This document shows, one piece after another, positions 63,659 through 64,000 of a stretch of 64,000 nt of DNA. A model generated the notes under the pieces. The model saw nothing but the letters and a program-made list of their open reading frames with translations, made no database searches and was not told where the DNA came from. Origin of the DNA: a virus (Duplodnaviria; Caudoviricetes); the IMG/VR virus record IMGVR_UViG_3300043009_000039, positions 1 through 64,000 of that record; one strand, written 5' to 3'. A program made the position numbers and the translations under genes. Position 1 is the first letter of the stretch. Every line of letters starts with the position of its first letter.

Positions 63659-64000
63659 ATGTACTATCCAAACGATGTGGTCAGCCGCGAGCTGGCCAAG
63701 GAGCTTAAATCAATAGGTTTTAAAGATACCGTTCGTTTCATCTACGACGATGATATTGTCGACCCTGACGAAGCCATTGTCAGCAGCAAGACTTTCGGCG
63801 ACGACTACAATTCGAAGAGCGACGCCCTCACCTCGGCTCCGACCCTTTACGAGGCGCAGATGTGGTTTATCCGCGAGCACGGGATTTCTCCCGAAGTTTT
63901 CTACGCATTCGACAAATGGCAGGGGGATGCAATCAGCATGAGCACCTGCGACTCCTACACCAACGAGTCCGGCATTTTCCCGACTTACCAAGAGGCGATG
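63659..64000 (+). CDS. Partial hypothetical phage protein (MYYPNDVVSRELAKELKSIGF...SAPTLYEAQMWFIREHGI...)
   Basis: Translated by hand; open to the window end. Confidence 0.7.
   Translation, partial: MYYPNDVVSRELAKELKSIGFKDTVRFIYDDDIVDPDEAIVSSKTFGDDYNSKSDALTSAPTLYEAQMWFIREHGISPEVFYAFDKWQGDAISMSTCDSYTNESGIFPTYQEAM

Larger units (their letters stand above)
1..64000. mobile_element. Tailed dsDNA bacteriophage segment (siphovirus-like, probably infecting Bacteroidales); both window ends fall inside genes
   Basis: Terminase, portal, capsid, tail tube, tape measure, lysin, replication and antirepressor genes and no host housekeeping loci; Bacteroidetes-type TAnnTTTG promoters and A-rich leaders without SD sites. 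Confidence 0.95.

Noticed and set aside
1-64000. Stop-codon reassignment
   Set aside because: Very long ORFs (2529 and 1575 aa) are intact under the standard code, and TAA, TGA and TAG all end genes.

Overview
The whole 64 kb is one contiguous tailed dsDNA phage segment (siphovirus-like, standard genetic code, no host genes). A Bacteroidales host is inferred from TAnnTTTG promoter boxes, A-rich leaders without Shine-Dalgarno sites and the gene families. Layout: (1) 1-13550, minus strand: terminase, endolysin, spanin, portal, a 1575-aa tail hub/fibre protein and tail-tip/LRR genes. (2) 13750-27867, plus strand: scaffold, major capsid, holins, neck, tail tube, frameshifted chaperone and a 2529-aa tape measure protein. 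(3) 27901-44353, minus strand: DnaA-C-like HTH, displaced Dit-like genes, many small middle genes, replication initiator, beta clamp, serine recombinase, DUF559-like nucleases and a PAPS-reductase-family gene split at a G7 tract. (4) 44393-57606, minus strand: about 33 small early ORFs, each preceded by a hairpin and a conserved leader. (5) 57600-61330: repeat-rich, mostly non-coding control region. (6) 61369-64000, plus strand: KilA-N, a roughly 480-nt ncRNA and a BRO antirepressor. The most striking signal is at the RNA level: three 48-51 nt tRNA-like elements with an acceptor stem and T-arm but no anticodon arm (one with the Ala G3.U70/A73/CCA identity), plus a canonical hammerhead ribozyme. 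Two of these elements occupy the first two spacers of the hairpin-punctuated early gene array, which suggests an RNA-punctuation/processing system for early transcripts. All calls were made by eye; no database search or folding program was run.
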